Below, piece after piece: positions 46,563-55,887 of a stretch of DNA of 64,000 bases. The notes below the pieces were generated by a model that worked only from the letters and a program-made list of their open reading frames with translations, was not told the origin of the DNA and did not search any database. Both the position numbers and the translations under genes were made by a program. The stretch is from an uncultured Muribaculaceae bacterium (GTDB lineage Bacteria; Bacteroidota; Bacteroidia; Bacteroidales; Muribaculaceae): positions 8,925 to 72,924 of the forward strand of contig CAJTNN010000001.1 of NCBI GenBank assembly GCA_910577585.1, written 5' to 3'. How positions within the stretch are numbered: the first letter of the stretch is position 1; the number at the start of each line of letters is the position of its first letter.

Positions 46563-46717
46563 TGAAACATATAGCGTAATTCCTAAATAATTTATCGTTT
46601 TTCGATAAATTTATAAGAGTTTAACACTTTTTATCCGTAGTTTATTTTTTATCGGCTGCCTCTATCACTCATATCGAGGTGGCATTCCACTTCCACGACA
46701 TTGAGCGTGGCCGCTGA

Positions 46718-47263
46718 TCAGCGTATCACGATGGTGGTGGATTGGGTGATTATCATATCCATGGGCACGTCGTGCGGTTCGGCGGGGAGTTCGTCAAGGA
46801 GCTGGAATTCGTAACCTACACCAATCTTGGTGGCCTTGACATCGCCAAGCAGGCGGTCGTAGAATCCTTTGCCGCGTCCGAGACGGTTGCCTCTGCGGTC
46901 GTAGGCCACAGCGGGTACTACGATGAGTTCAATCTCTGAGGGGTCGACGGTGTCGTGGCCTGTGGGTTCCTCGATATGGAATGACCCGAGTTCGAGCCGC
47001 GACTCCTCATAGGGGAGTATATCGAGATTGACGCCGTTGACACGCGGCAGGAAGAAGTGCTTGCGACTCCCCCATTTGCGCAGGAATGAGTGCGTGGAGA
47101 GCTCATCGGGCAGAGAGTGATACATCAGCACCTTGTCGGCCATAAGGAAGGCGGCGGTCTGTTCAAGACGGCTGAAGACCTCTTCGGCGGCGCTGAGGCG
47201 CTCAGCTTCCGATAGCATGCGGCGCATCGTATTGATTTTCTTTCGGATATGTGTCTTTTCCAT
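46718..47263 (-). CDS. ygfA: 5-formyltetrahydrofolate cyclo-ligase
   Basis: IVVPAVAYDRRGNRLGRGKGFYDRLL and EPHDVPMD motifs. Confidence 0.93.
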   Translation of the reverse strand: MEKTHIRKKINTMRRMLSEAERLSAAEEVFSRLEQTAAFLMADKVLMYHSLPDELSTHSFLRKWGSRKHFFLPRVNGVNLDILPYEESRLELGSFHIEEPTGHDTVDPSEIELIVVPAVAYDRRGNRLGRGKGFYDRLLGDVKATKIGVGYEFQLLDELPAEPHDVPMDMIITQSTTIVIR

Positions 47264-47268
47264 AGTGA

Positions 47269-48966
47269 TTAGGATTTTGATTTTGACTTGGCGGCAGCTT
47301 TTGATGTCTTGGACTTGGCAGTGGCATCGGCTTCAGCGGCATCGGCCGGAGGGAGAATCAGTACCGGCGCCTCACCTGCCTCGAGCAGACGCAGAGCCTC
47401 GGCCACAGCCGGGTCATTCTCATTGAGCATCTCTATGAAGGCGGAATAGCCGAGCACGTCGCGGGCTATGACGGCCTTGAGCTGCGAGAGGATGAGGTTG
47501 CGGCTCTTGCGTATGTAGTACCACCTTGCGGGCACACCATTGGCTACTGCATATTCAACAAATCCCTCAAGCAGAGTGTTGTCGCGGGGCAACACTTTTT
47601 TGAGCTGGGCAATGGATTTCGTATTCTTCAGCACCTCGCGATAGCTCTGGGCCACTTTGTAGGCATATTGGCGCACGAGGCCGGAGTTGCTGACCTGAAG
47701 GTAATAGGATGTGAGTCCCGTAGTGTCTTCAGGCACAATGTAGTCGGGCATAATGCCACCTCCGCCATAGACTTTGCGGCCTGTGGAGGTGAGGAATATC
47801 TTTGATTCGTCGAGCTTGATGCTGTCGCGGCTATAGAATTCGCCATGGGTGAAGCGTTTCACTATGTCGGCTTCGTAGGCATCGAGTCCACCCTCTTTGT
47901 ATTCTTTCTGGATTGAGCGCCCGGAGGGGGTGAAATAGCGGGCGATGGTGAGGCGTATGCCGCTGCTGTCGGGCAGAATGGTCTGGTTCTGCACCAAACC
48001 CTTGCCGAATGAGCGACGCCCCACGACGAGACCGCGGTCGTTGTCCTGTATTGCGCCGGCGAATATCTCGGAGGCTGAGGCTGAGTATTCATCGGTGAGC
48101 ACTATGAGCGAGGCATCGGCAAAGGGGCCATTGTCGCGGGTGACGGCCATCGACTGATACTCCGGTATCTTCCCTTTGGTATAGACTATCATCCGCCCCT
48201 TGGGCAGGAATTCCTCAGCCATGAGTATAGCCTGGTCCATATATCCACCTGAGTTGCCACGCAGGTCTACGACATAACTTTTTGCTCCTCTGAGCATCAG
48301 GTCGGCGAGGGCGGCATGGAATTCGTCGGCTGTGGTGCGGGCGAATTTGCTGACGCGCACGTATCCGGTGCTGTCATTGAGCAGATAGGTGCAGTCTACG
48401 CTATTGACCGGCACATCTCCGCGCACCACATCATAATTGAGTGGTGTCTTCGAAGAGTAGCGGCTGATGACGAGGTTGACCTTAGTGCCCTTGACGCCAC
48501 GCAGGGTCTTGAACACCATCTCGTTGGTGGCGTTCTTGCCTGTGAGGTCCACGGTGTCGGCGCGCAGTATACGGTCGCCGGCGAGTATGCCCACCTTTTC
48601 GGCCGGGCCGCCGGCCACTACCTCTATGACATTGACTGTATCGTTGATAATCTGAAACGACACACCCACGCCGCTGAACGACCCCTCCAGGTCCTCAGTC
48701 ACCGACTGAAGTTCTGATGTAGGTATATATGCCGAATGAGGGTCGAGCAATCCGAGGAGTTTCGGATAGAACTGTTCCATCAGCGAGTCCATATCCACTT
48801 CATCCACATATTGCTCCTCAATCATGCCGAGAATGGCATGAAGTTTCTCCTCACGCGGGTCAAGGCGCGTGGTGAAGAAATATTTTCCAATAAGCATGCC
48901 GCCGGCTATGCCGACTGCGAAGAGCAGCGGCAGGAGCAGCATGGCTGTATTGCGTTTCTTATTCAT
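47269..48966 (-). CDS. S41 family C-terminal processing peptidase
   Basis: LDPHS, PDZ (GGPAEKVGI), DLRGNSGG, SASASEI, SFGKGLVQ; start at MNKKRN overlaps the upstream stop (ATGAATAA). Confidence 0.93.
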   Translation of the reverse strand: MNKKRNTAMLLLPLLFAVGIAGGMLIGKYFFTTRLDPREEKLHAILGMIEEQYVDEVDMDSLMEQFYPKLLGLLDPHSAYIPTSELQSVTEDLEGSFSGVGVSFQIINDTVNVIEVVAGGPAEKVGILAGDRILRADTVDLTGKNATNEMVFKTLRGVKGTKVNLVISRYSSKTPLNYDVVRGDVPVNSVDCTYLLNDSTGYVRVSKFARTTADEFHAALADLMLRGAKSYVVDLRGNSGGYMDQAILMAEEFLPKGRMIVYTKGKIPEYQSMAVTRDNGPFADASLIVLTDEYSASASEIFAGAIQDNDRGLVVGRRSFGKGLVQNQTILPDSSGIRLTIARYFTPSGRSIQKEYKEGGLDAYEADIVKRFTHGEFYSRDSIKLDESKIFLTSTGRKVYGGGGIMPDYIVPEDTTGLTSYYLQVSNSGLVRQYAYKVAQSYREVLKNTKSIAQLKKVLPRDNTLLEGFVEYAVANGVPARWYYIRKSRNLILSQLKAVIARDVLGYSAFIEMLNENDPAVAEALRLLEAGEAPVLILPPADAAEADATAKSKTSKAAAKSKSKS

Positions 48967-49399
48967 TTTCTTCGTCATCAAGAGGCATAAATATGGTCTC
49001 GACCCCTGCCTTGCGCAGCAGGTCGAGACCATCTGTTATTCGATACATTTCAGAGAAGACCACGCGGCGTATGCCGGCCTGGATAATGAGTTTGGCACAC
49101 TCCATGCAGGGTGAGGCGGTCACATAGAGCGTGGCGCCATCAGAGGAGTTGTTGCTGCGGGCCACCTTGGTGATGGCGTTGGCTTCGGCGTGCAGCACAA
49201 AGGGGAGCGTGTTGCCCTCGGCTGATTCGCATATGTTGTCGAAGCCTGAGGGGGTGCCGTTGTAGCCGTCAGATATAATCATCTTGTCTTTGACTATCAA
49301 TGCACCCACCTGGCGGCGGCGGCAATATGAATTCTCACTCCATATGCGGGCCATGCGCAGGTATCGCCCGTCGAGTATGCGCTGCTTCTCTTCTCTCAT
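48959..49399 (-). CDS. dCMP deaminase family protein
   Basis: GYNGTP, HAEANA and SPCMEC zinc motifs. Confidence 0.93.
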   Translation of the reverse strand: MREEKQRILDGRYLRMARIWSENSYCRRRQVGALIVKDKMIISDGYNGTPSGFDNICESAEGNTLPFVLHAEANAITKVARSNNSSDGATLYVTASPCMECAKLIIQAGIRRVVFSEMYRITDGLDLLRKAGVETIFMPLDDEENE

Positions 49400-49435
49400 A
49401 GGTCTCTCTGTGGTGTAATGGCTTGGTCGGGGTTA

Positions 49436-50374
49436 TCAGTTGTTCATCAGGAAGCGCTCGGCGTCGAGGGCGGCGCGGCAACCTGTGCCGGCGGCTGACA
49501 CTGCCTGACGGTAGATCGGATCGGCACAGTCGCCGGCGGCGAAGACGCCCTCTACGTTGGTGCGTGTGGTGGGAGCGGCTGTCTTGATATAGCCTTCGGC
49601 ATCCATTTCGAGCTGACCCTTGAAGATATCGGTGTTGGGCTTATGGCCGATGGCAAGGAAGAAGCCGTCGATCTCGATGTCAAACACCTGCTCTTTGTCG
49701 GTGCCTTTGAATTCCACAAGCTTGGCACCCTCCACGCCATCTTCGCCAAAGAGGCCGAGAGTGTTGCAGTTGAAGAGAATCTCGATATTCTCTTTCTCTC
49801 TGACACGGCGCTGCATCACCTCTGAGGCACGCAGATAATCCTTGCGCACAATCAGATATACCTTCTTGGCGAGCGTCGAGAGATAGAGGGCCTCTTCGCA
49901 GGCAGTGTCGCCACCACCTACTACTGCCACATTCTTCTTGCGATAGAAGAAGCCGTCGCATGTGGCGCAAGCGCTCACGCCGAGGCCGCGGTATTTCTCT
50001 TCGTCAGAGAGTCCGAGATACTTAGCTGAGGCTCCGGTGCTGACAATGACTGTGTCGGCATACACCACATCGCCTGATTCGTCGACGCATCGGAAGGGGC
50101 GCTTCGAGAAGTCGACTTCGGCTATTGTCTTCGAGCGGATCTCGGCGCCAAAACGCAGAGCCTGCTGGCGCAGCTGCTCCATCATCTCAGGCCCCTGAAT
50201 ACCCTCGGGATAGCCGGGGAAGTTCTCGATTTCGGTGGTCTGTGTAAGCTGACCGCCGGGCTGGTTACCCTCGAAAATCACGGGGTTGAGGTTTGCGCGT
50301 GACGCGTAGATGCCGGCGGTGTATCCGGCGGGGCCTGATCCTATAATCAGTACTTTTACGTTTTCTTCTGCCAT
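49436..50374 (-). CDS. trxB: Thioredoxin-disulfide reductase
   Basis: GSGPAG, SACATCDG, GGGDTA, GVFAAGD. Confidence 0.96.
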   Translation of the reverse strand: MAEENVKVLIIGSGPAGYTAGIYASRANLNPVIFEGNQPGGQLTQTTEIENFPGYPEGIQGPEMMEQLRQQALRFGAEIRSKTIAEVDFSKRPFRCVDESGDVVYADTVIVSTGASAKYLGLSDEEKYRGLGVSACATCDGFFYRKKNVAVVGGGDTACEEALYLSTLAKKVYLIVRKDYLRASEVMQRRVREKENIEILFNCNTLGLFGEDGVEGAKLVEFKGTDKEQVFDIEIDGFFLAIGHKPNTDIFKGQLEMDAEGYIKTAAPTTRTNVEGVFAAGDCADPIYRQAVSAAGTGCRAALDAERFLMNN

Positions 50375-50499
50375 TGTTGTGTGTTGTGTTTGGATTTTTA
50401 GGTATTAGGTTTTAATATAATGCCTTATTTTCAGTTTTTGTAGTCGCTCGGCCATGGTGAGTAGGACTGGGAGTCCGGCGCTCACCGCCGCAAGCCTCA

Positions 50500-51156
50500 T
50501 CAGCGCAAGTCGGTCACTTTCACTCCGGGATACTTGGCCCGTGGGAAGGCAAAGGTAGCGTTTGAGAGCTGGGCTCCGAGCTTGAGATTCTTGACAGTGA
50601 TGGTAATCGGGCCGGTCGAGGCCATCACCACCATCCGGGCGGGGAGAAGAGTCGAGGCGTTGAGAGTGAGCCGGATAGACTTTACGCTACTGCCTCGTTT
50701 CTTGGGGGTGAGGGTGAGATTGACCACGCCTTTTGCTTTCTCTCCGGCGCTGACATTGTAGTCTGCAGCGGCCGACAGATAGAGCAGAGGGTTGGATTCT
50801 GCCAGCTCGGAGGCTGCCGGAATCCAGATGGTGGCTTCTCCGGTAGAGGCAGTGTAACTGCATATCTGCGTGCCGTCGTACCATGTGCCGTGGCCGGGGG
50901 CTGTGACGCTGAATTTCTTACCCTGCGTCAGCAGGGTGCCATTGAGGGTCTGCCCCTGCGAGGTCATAGTGAAGTCGCAGCGCATGCTTTTGGCTCCTTT
51001 AAGCTTTGCCACACATTTCTGAAGAGTCTCAGCCGGAGTGGCGGCATACATAGGGAGGGAGGCCGAAACTGACATGAGAATCAACATCGTCAGCACCACC
51101 CTGAACATTGCTCCGCCCCTTCGGGTCGAATATGTGGCTTTCATTCCATTAATCAT
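50500..51156 (-). CDS. lolA: Outer-membrane lipoprotein carrier LolA-like protein
   Basis: Signal peptide, WYDG motif, NPLLYL, F.F......V.DLR C-terminus; conserved position between ftsK and trxB; exact start uncertain. Confidence 0.8.
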   Translation of the reverse strand: MINGMKATYSTRRGGAMFRVVLTMLILMSVSASLPMYAATPAETLQKCVAKLKGAKSMRCDFTMTSQGQTLNGTLLTQGKKFSVTAPGHGTWYDGTQICSYTASTGEATIWIPAASELAESNPLLYLSAAADYNVSAGEKAKGVVNLTLTPKKRGSSVKSIRLTLNASTLLPARMVVMASTGPITITVKNLKLGAQLSNATFAFPRAKYPGVKVTDLR

Positions 51157-51301
51157 GCTTATATGACTTTTATGAAAAGATTCATGTGATTGACCGTAAA
51201 GTAGGGTCTCCGTATATTATAACGTCAATCCACTGTGGCTAATTGCATGGCAGCCGATAAGAATGCGCGGCGCATCAGTAGGCTAATCCGGCAATTTGGA
51301 A

Positions 51302-54289
51302 TCATAGATTGCGCAGCAATTCCTGCAGGCCATACATATCCATCAGCACCTGGCGAGGTTTGCCCCCCAGCGACGGTCCAACCACGCCGTAATGCTCGAG
51401 CTGGTCCATTATCTTGCCGGCGCGGTTGTAGCCTATCGAGTAACGGCGCTGTATGCCCGAAGTGCTGCCCAAGCCTGAAGTGACCACGAGTTCGGCCACC
51501 TCTTCGAAGAGTGGATCGCGCTCGCCGCCGGTGATCTGTCCTCCTCCGCCGTCATGCTCGGCAGCCGAGAGGGGTTCGGGGAGTATGTAGGGGCCGGCGT
51601 TGAAGGGTTGACGGCTTATATATTCGCATATGGCCTCCACCTCGGGGGTGTCGATAAACGCACACTGCACGCGCACCATCTCTGAATTGTTGCTGATAAG
51701 CATGTCGCCTCGGCCGATGAGCGACTGAGCGCCGGTGGTGTCGAGAATTGTCTTGGAGTCTACGCTCGATGATACTCTGAAGGCGATTCTGACCGGGAAG
51801 TTGGCTTTGATGATACCGGTGATGACATTGGTCGAGGGGCGCTGCGTGGCGATGATGACATGTATGCCGATGGCTCGCGCTTTCTGTGCGAGGCGTGCAA
51901 TCGGTGTCTCCACCTCTTTACCTGAGGTCATGATCAGGTCGGCGAACTCATCGACCACAAGCACTATATATGGCATAAAGCGGTGGCCCTCCATCTCGGA
52001 GAGGACTCCCTGCGCTATCTTGGCGTTGTATTCCTCGATGTTTCTGACCTGCGCCATGCGCAGCAGTTTGTAGCGGTTGTCCATCTCCACACAAAGCGAG
52101 CTGAGTGTGTCGACCACCTTTGTCATGTCGGTCACGATGGCGTCGGAATCCTCGAGCTTGGCGAGATAATGCTGCTCAATCATGGCGTAGAGCGAGAACT
52201 CTACCTCTTTGGGGTCAATCATGACGAATTTCAGTTCGTCAGGGCGTTTCTTGTAAAGGAGCGATGCAATGATAGCATTGAGGCCTACCGACTTACCTTG
52301 ACCCGTAGCACCGGCCACGAGCAGGTGAGGCATCTTGGTCAGATCGGCCATATACACATCATTGCCGATAGTCGAACCGATGGCCACCGGCAGGCGATAG
52401 CGCGATTCATTATACTTGCGGCTCATGATGATCGAGCGCATCGACACTGTCTGGGGTTCACTGTTGGCCACCTCTATGCCGACGGTGCCGCGACCCGGAA
52501 TCGGCGCTATGATGCGCACACCCTTGGCGGCGAGCGAGAGGGCGATATCGTCGGCAAGGTTCTTGATTTTCGATATCTTTATACCCTGGCCCGGGCGTAT
52601 CTCGTATAGGGTCACAGTCGGGCCCACCGTTGCCTCGATGCTGGTGATGGGTATGCCGTGATATTTCAGTGTCTCGCGGATACGCTCTTTGTTGGCCTGT
52701 TGTTCCTCTATGTCTACCGTCACTTTATGGTCTCCCTCTCTGAGCAACATCGGCGAGGGGAATTTATACATATGTTTTATCGAGCCGTTGGCGGCTGCGG
52801 GACGGGGCTGGGGTGTGGTCTGCGAAATCTGGTTGACGTTGACCACCATCTCCAATTCCTTCTCACCCTCCTTATCTGCATCCGAGGCCTCCGGCGACTC
52901 GGAAGCGCCCGACTCCTGACCGGCAGCAGCGGCGGTGCTATCTGCATCTGAGGCGGGGGATTCATCGGCAGAGCTGCCCGGGGTGGAAGGTGACTGTGCG
53001 ACTGAGGGGGCCGCTTCACCCGCGTGGCTCAATTCCTGAGGCTGGGGCATAGCGGGGGCCATGGCTGCGGCGGGGGTTGAGGCTGACGGCTCTATTGGAG
53101 CTGCGTTTGCAATAGGGGTAACTGAGTCAGACTGAGGCTGAACATCAGCCGAGGCGGCAGCCGTCTCTTTGGGCATATACGCGGAATAATCCGGCTGCGC
53201 GGAGCCGGCTGGAGTATCAGTTGAGTCGTCCGACTCATCCTCTATCTCATAGGCCTGCAGCGAGGGGTCGATAAGTGTGTCGGAGGTGCCGAAGGTCACA
53301 AGGCTCTCTTCGGGTTCGGGTTCGTCGGCTGCGCGGGCCTCGCCGGCGCGGATTGCGTCGAGACGCTCCTGATGCAGCATCTCTTCAAGTTCGCGCTCAC
53401 GACGCAGGCGCTCGGCCTTGAGTTCGGCAGCCTGGCGGCGCTTCTCATCGAGCTGGGCCTTCTTGCGCAATATCCAGTTGACGAAGTCGCGCAGACAGAT
53501 CACAAAGAATGTGGCCACAAGGGCCAGGCAAAGTATCCATGCGCCCGACCAACCGATGAATTTCACGATAAACTCATTCACATACCGACCATGATAGCCA
53601 CCCCAGTTCACACCCGAATTGAAGCCGATTGTGAGCAACCCCACAATCAGCGAGAGTGTGATGAGCGCCACCAGGCATTTGATGGTGAAGTTGACGGTCT
53701 TGAAGCGGGGCTTCCCTGCAAGAAGTTTCAGGCTGATGGCTATCAGCCAGAGAATCACCACAAACGACCCCACGCCAAACGACTCGTTGATGAGCAATTC
53801 CGAGAGTCGGGCACCACCTTCTCCACCGGCATTCCCCACATCCGGAAGCGATCCGACAGCACTGTTGGCTATCGCAGCCTGGTCTTGCACGCAATTGGCG
53901 AAATATGATATGAATGCCACAAGCATATAGACTCCGAGGCCACCGATAAAGATGCCGGCCAGCCAGCGGAAAGTCTGCGAGGTGAAGAAGCTCTTCACTT
54001 TACCCGAGGCCTCGCGCAATGAGCCGGGTGCGGCCGCTGCAGGGCGTGGCTGTGCCTCCTTGCGCTTGGCCTGGCGCTTGCGTGTGGTTTGCGCTGCGGC
54101 ACTCTGGGCCTTCTCCTTGGCTCTTGCTCGCCGGCCTCCGGCTTTCGGTTCGGTCTGGCCGAGTGGGGGAAGTGGCTCAAGCACCGATGCCTCGCCATCG
54201 AGGCCTTCAAGATTTTCCTGACCTTCAAGACCCTCGAATACAGGATTATATGTTTCTTCGTAATATTGTCTGCGTCTCTGTTCTGTCAT
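51302..54289 (-). CDS. ftsK: DNA translocase FtsK
   Basis: N-terminal 4TM region, low-complexity linker, HLLVAGATGQGKS, VDEFADL, ATQRPS, gamma domain IGYNRAGKIMDQLE. Confidence 0.96.
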   Translation of the reverse strand: MTEQRRRQYYEETYNPVFEGLEGQENLEGLDGEASVLEPLPPLGQTEPKAGGRRARAKEKAQSAAAQTTRKRQAKRKEAQPRPAAAAPGSLREASGKVKSFFTSQTFRWLAGIFIGGLGVYMLVAFISYFANCVQDQAAIANSAVGSLPDVGNAGGEGGARLSELLINESFGVGSFVVILWLIAISLKLLAGKPRFKTVNFTIKCLVALITLSLIVGLLTIGFNSGVNWGGYHGRYVNEFIVKFIGWSGAWILCLALVATFFVICLRDFVNWILRKKAQLDEKRRQAAELKAERLRRERELEEMLHQERLDAIRAGEARAADEPEPEESLVTFGTSDTLIDPSLQAYEIEDESDDSTDTPAGSAQPDYSAYMPKETAAASADVQPQSDSVTPIANAAPIEPSASTPAAAMAPAMPQPQELSHAGEAAPSVAQSPSTPGSSADESPASDADSTAAAAGQESGASESPEASDADKEGEKELEMVVNVNQISQTTPQPRPAAANGSIKHMYKFPSPMLLREGDHKVTVDIEEQQANKERIRETLKYHGIPITSIEATVGPTVTLYEIRPGQGIKISKIKNLADDIALSLAAKGVRIIAPIPGRGTVGIEVANSEPQTVSMRSIIMSRKYNESRYRLPVAIGSTIGNDVYMADLTKMPHLLVAGATGQGKSVGLNAIIASLLYKKRPDELKFVMIDPKEVEFSLYAMIEQHYLAKLEDSDAIVTDMTKVVDTLSSLCVEMDNRYKLLRMAQVRNIEEYNAKIAQGVLSEMEGHRFMPYIVLVVDEFADLIMTSGKEVETPIARLAQKARAIGIHVIIATQRPSTNVITGIIKANFPVRIAFRVSSSVDSKTILDTTGAQSLIGRGDMLISNNSEMVRVQCAFIDTPEVEAICEYISRQPFNAGPYILPEPLSAAEHDGGGGQITGGERDPLFEEVAELVVTSGLGSTSGIQRRYSIGYNRAGKIMDQLEHYGVVGPSLGGKPRQVLMDMYGLQELLRNL

Positions 54290-54429
54290 TGTCGCTACCC
54301 CCGTAGCATGTGGGGGTTGATGTATCTGGTTATGTTAATCTTTGGCCGGCAGGGGCCTCAGTACTGAAGCATCGGCTCCGCACATCGGGCTACCTGCGGC
54401 AGGAAGTCAGTCGGTGAAGTGCATCTCTA

Positions 54430-55539
54430 TTATTCAAAGAGTTGCTCGTCGGCTTCGGGTTCGGAGGCCGGCAAAGTGTCAGTGCCATGATTCCCGGCAG
54501 GCTGAGCTGAGACTGAGGGCGTCGCTTCGTGAGCATTGCGTTCAGTATCATGCTCCTCAGCGTCACGGGTATCCTCGCTGCTGACCGCCTCATGCGTCGG
54601 AGCAGCATCCTCTTTTGCCACGGCCGGTGCAAGCGCCTTGCAGCGCGGGCGCCCGCGCACTACGGCCACCGACGGTATGTCGTAGCCCTCCTCTTCGTTG
54701 ACCTGCATGTCGCGCGGACCGGGCGACACTATCACCGGCCAACCCGGTTTGCAAATCTCGGCAAACCTGAGGATATTCTCATTCGTCATGCGTATGCACC
54801 CGTGCGAGCGACGTCCGCCGATGCTCCATGGCGCCACTGTGCCATGGATGCCTATCTGCGACGACACCGGCGTGCGCAGCCGCATGAAGCGCGGTCCGAA
54901 CTGTCCTTTCACTTCTGATGTGTTGCCATCATCGTCGGTATACAGCCACTCGGTGGAGTCGTAGATTCCTTCGATGGTGAAGTATCCCTCGGGGGTGCGG
55001 TTGTCGCGCCGCTTATGCTTTGAGCCGTAGGGCTTGGCCACGGCAACCCCCACCCTCTCCTGCTCCACTCCGAAACGGTCGTAGCGATAGAGCTTCATCG
55101 TGTTCTTATCCACAATCAGGAAGCCCTCGGCATCGCTGAGCACGAGCTTGGCGGCGTACTCAGGCACATCCTCGGCCATCTGCGGCAGTATGCCGCGATG
55201 ATAGCGGGCGCTGTCGGCCGACTCATTCATGTAGCGCATGATGTCGTCGGTGGTGGTCAGCACCGGCTGAACCTCCTCCGCCGGCTGGGGCTCGGGTTCA
55301 ATCAGAGTGTCGGGCATCACAGCCTCAAAGTTGAGTTCTGATGCGCTCTCGGCACCTCCGCCATTGCCACATCCTGACATCACCACTCCGCCCACAAGAG
55401 CGGAGATTGCCGGCGCCATCACCACGCAAACCAGATGCGACGCCCGCTTAAGCAGGCCTCGGAGATTACGGTGTCGGTGAGCTGGGGCAGATAAGTTCAT
55501 AGGCACTGTGGAATGGAATGAGGGGTAGATGTCTGACAT
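54430..55539 (-). CDS. L,D-transpeptidase (YkuD family) lipoprotein
   Basis: RTPEG, IGIHGT and SHGCIRM catalytic motifs; lipobox MSGC; start uncertain. Confidence 0.88.
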   Translation of the reverse strand: MSDIYPSFHSTVPMNLSAPAHRHRNLRGLLKRASHLVCVVMAPAISALVGGVVMSGCGNGGGAESASELNFEAVMPDTLIEPEPQPAEEVQPVLTTTDDIMRYMNESADSARYHRGILPQMAEDVPEYAAKLVLSDAEGFLIVDKNTMKLYRYDRFGVEQERVGVAVAKPYGSKHKRRDNRTPEGYFTIEGIYDSTEWLYTDDDGNTSEVKGQFGPRFMRLRTPVSSQIGIHGTVAPWSIGGRRSHGCIRMTNENILRFAEICKPGWPVIVSPGPRDMQVNEEEGYDIPSVAVVRGRPRCKALAPAVAKEDAAPTHEAVSSEDTRDAEEHDTERNAHEATPSVSAQPAGNHGTDTLPASEPEADEQLFE

Positions 55540-55624
55540 TTCTGTTTTTTGATTAAAACCACCCCCGGGTCAAAAAAGTTGCCGGATTCCCCAACTCTTT
55601 GGGGTCGCACTGCACTTCTGACTG

Positions 55625-55663
55625 CAAAGATAACAAGAATTTGAGAATTTTTTATTAAATTCG
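55625..55663. promoter_or_regulatory. Divergent promoters for the L,D-transpeptidase (-) and small membrane protein/dxs (+)
   Basis: TATCTTTG on minus (55625-55632); TAAATTCG on plus (55656-55663). Confidence 0.55.
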
Positions 55664-55668
55664 CGTCA

Positions 55669-55887
55669 ATGAAACGCAATAATTCTGATATTGGCAACGA
55701 CTCCGGAAAGATTTTCGGCCTTATCCTGTTGGCTCTCATATGGGTTTGGCTGGTGTATATGCTTTTCAGCCGCGGTGGAGTAGATTTTAAGAACGCTTTC
55801 ATCGCCGTTGCATCGGGAATTATCATATTTGTGCCACTATGGAAGAGATACATCCAGCCCCTGCTGGCAAAGCGGAAGAGGGATTGA
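55669..55887 (+). CDS. Small two-TM membrane protein
   Basis: Two hydrophobic helices, basic C-terminus, promoter-like box directly upstream. Confidence 0.65.
   Translation: MKRNNSDIGNDSGKIFGLILLALIWVWLVYMLFSRGGVDFKNAFIAVASGIIIFVPLWKRYIQPLLAKRKRD

Noticed and set aside
46500..46717. 6S RNA near the cyclo-ligase (ygfA) gene
   Set aside because: No room upstream (5-bp gap to the S41 gene); the downstream region shows only short hairpins and a terminator, not a long rod with a central bubble.
52860..53340. Long Ala/Pro/Ser/acidic segment in FtsK
   Set aside because: Variable low-complexity linkers are normal in FtsK.
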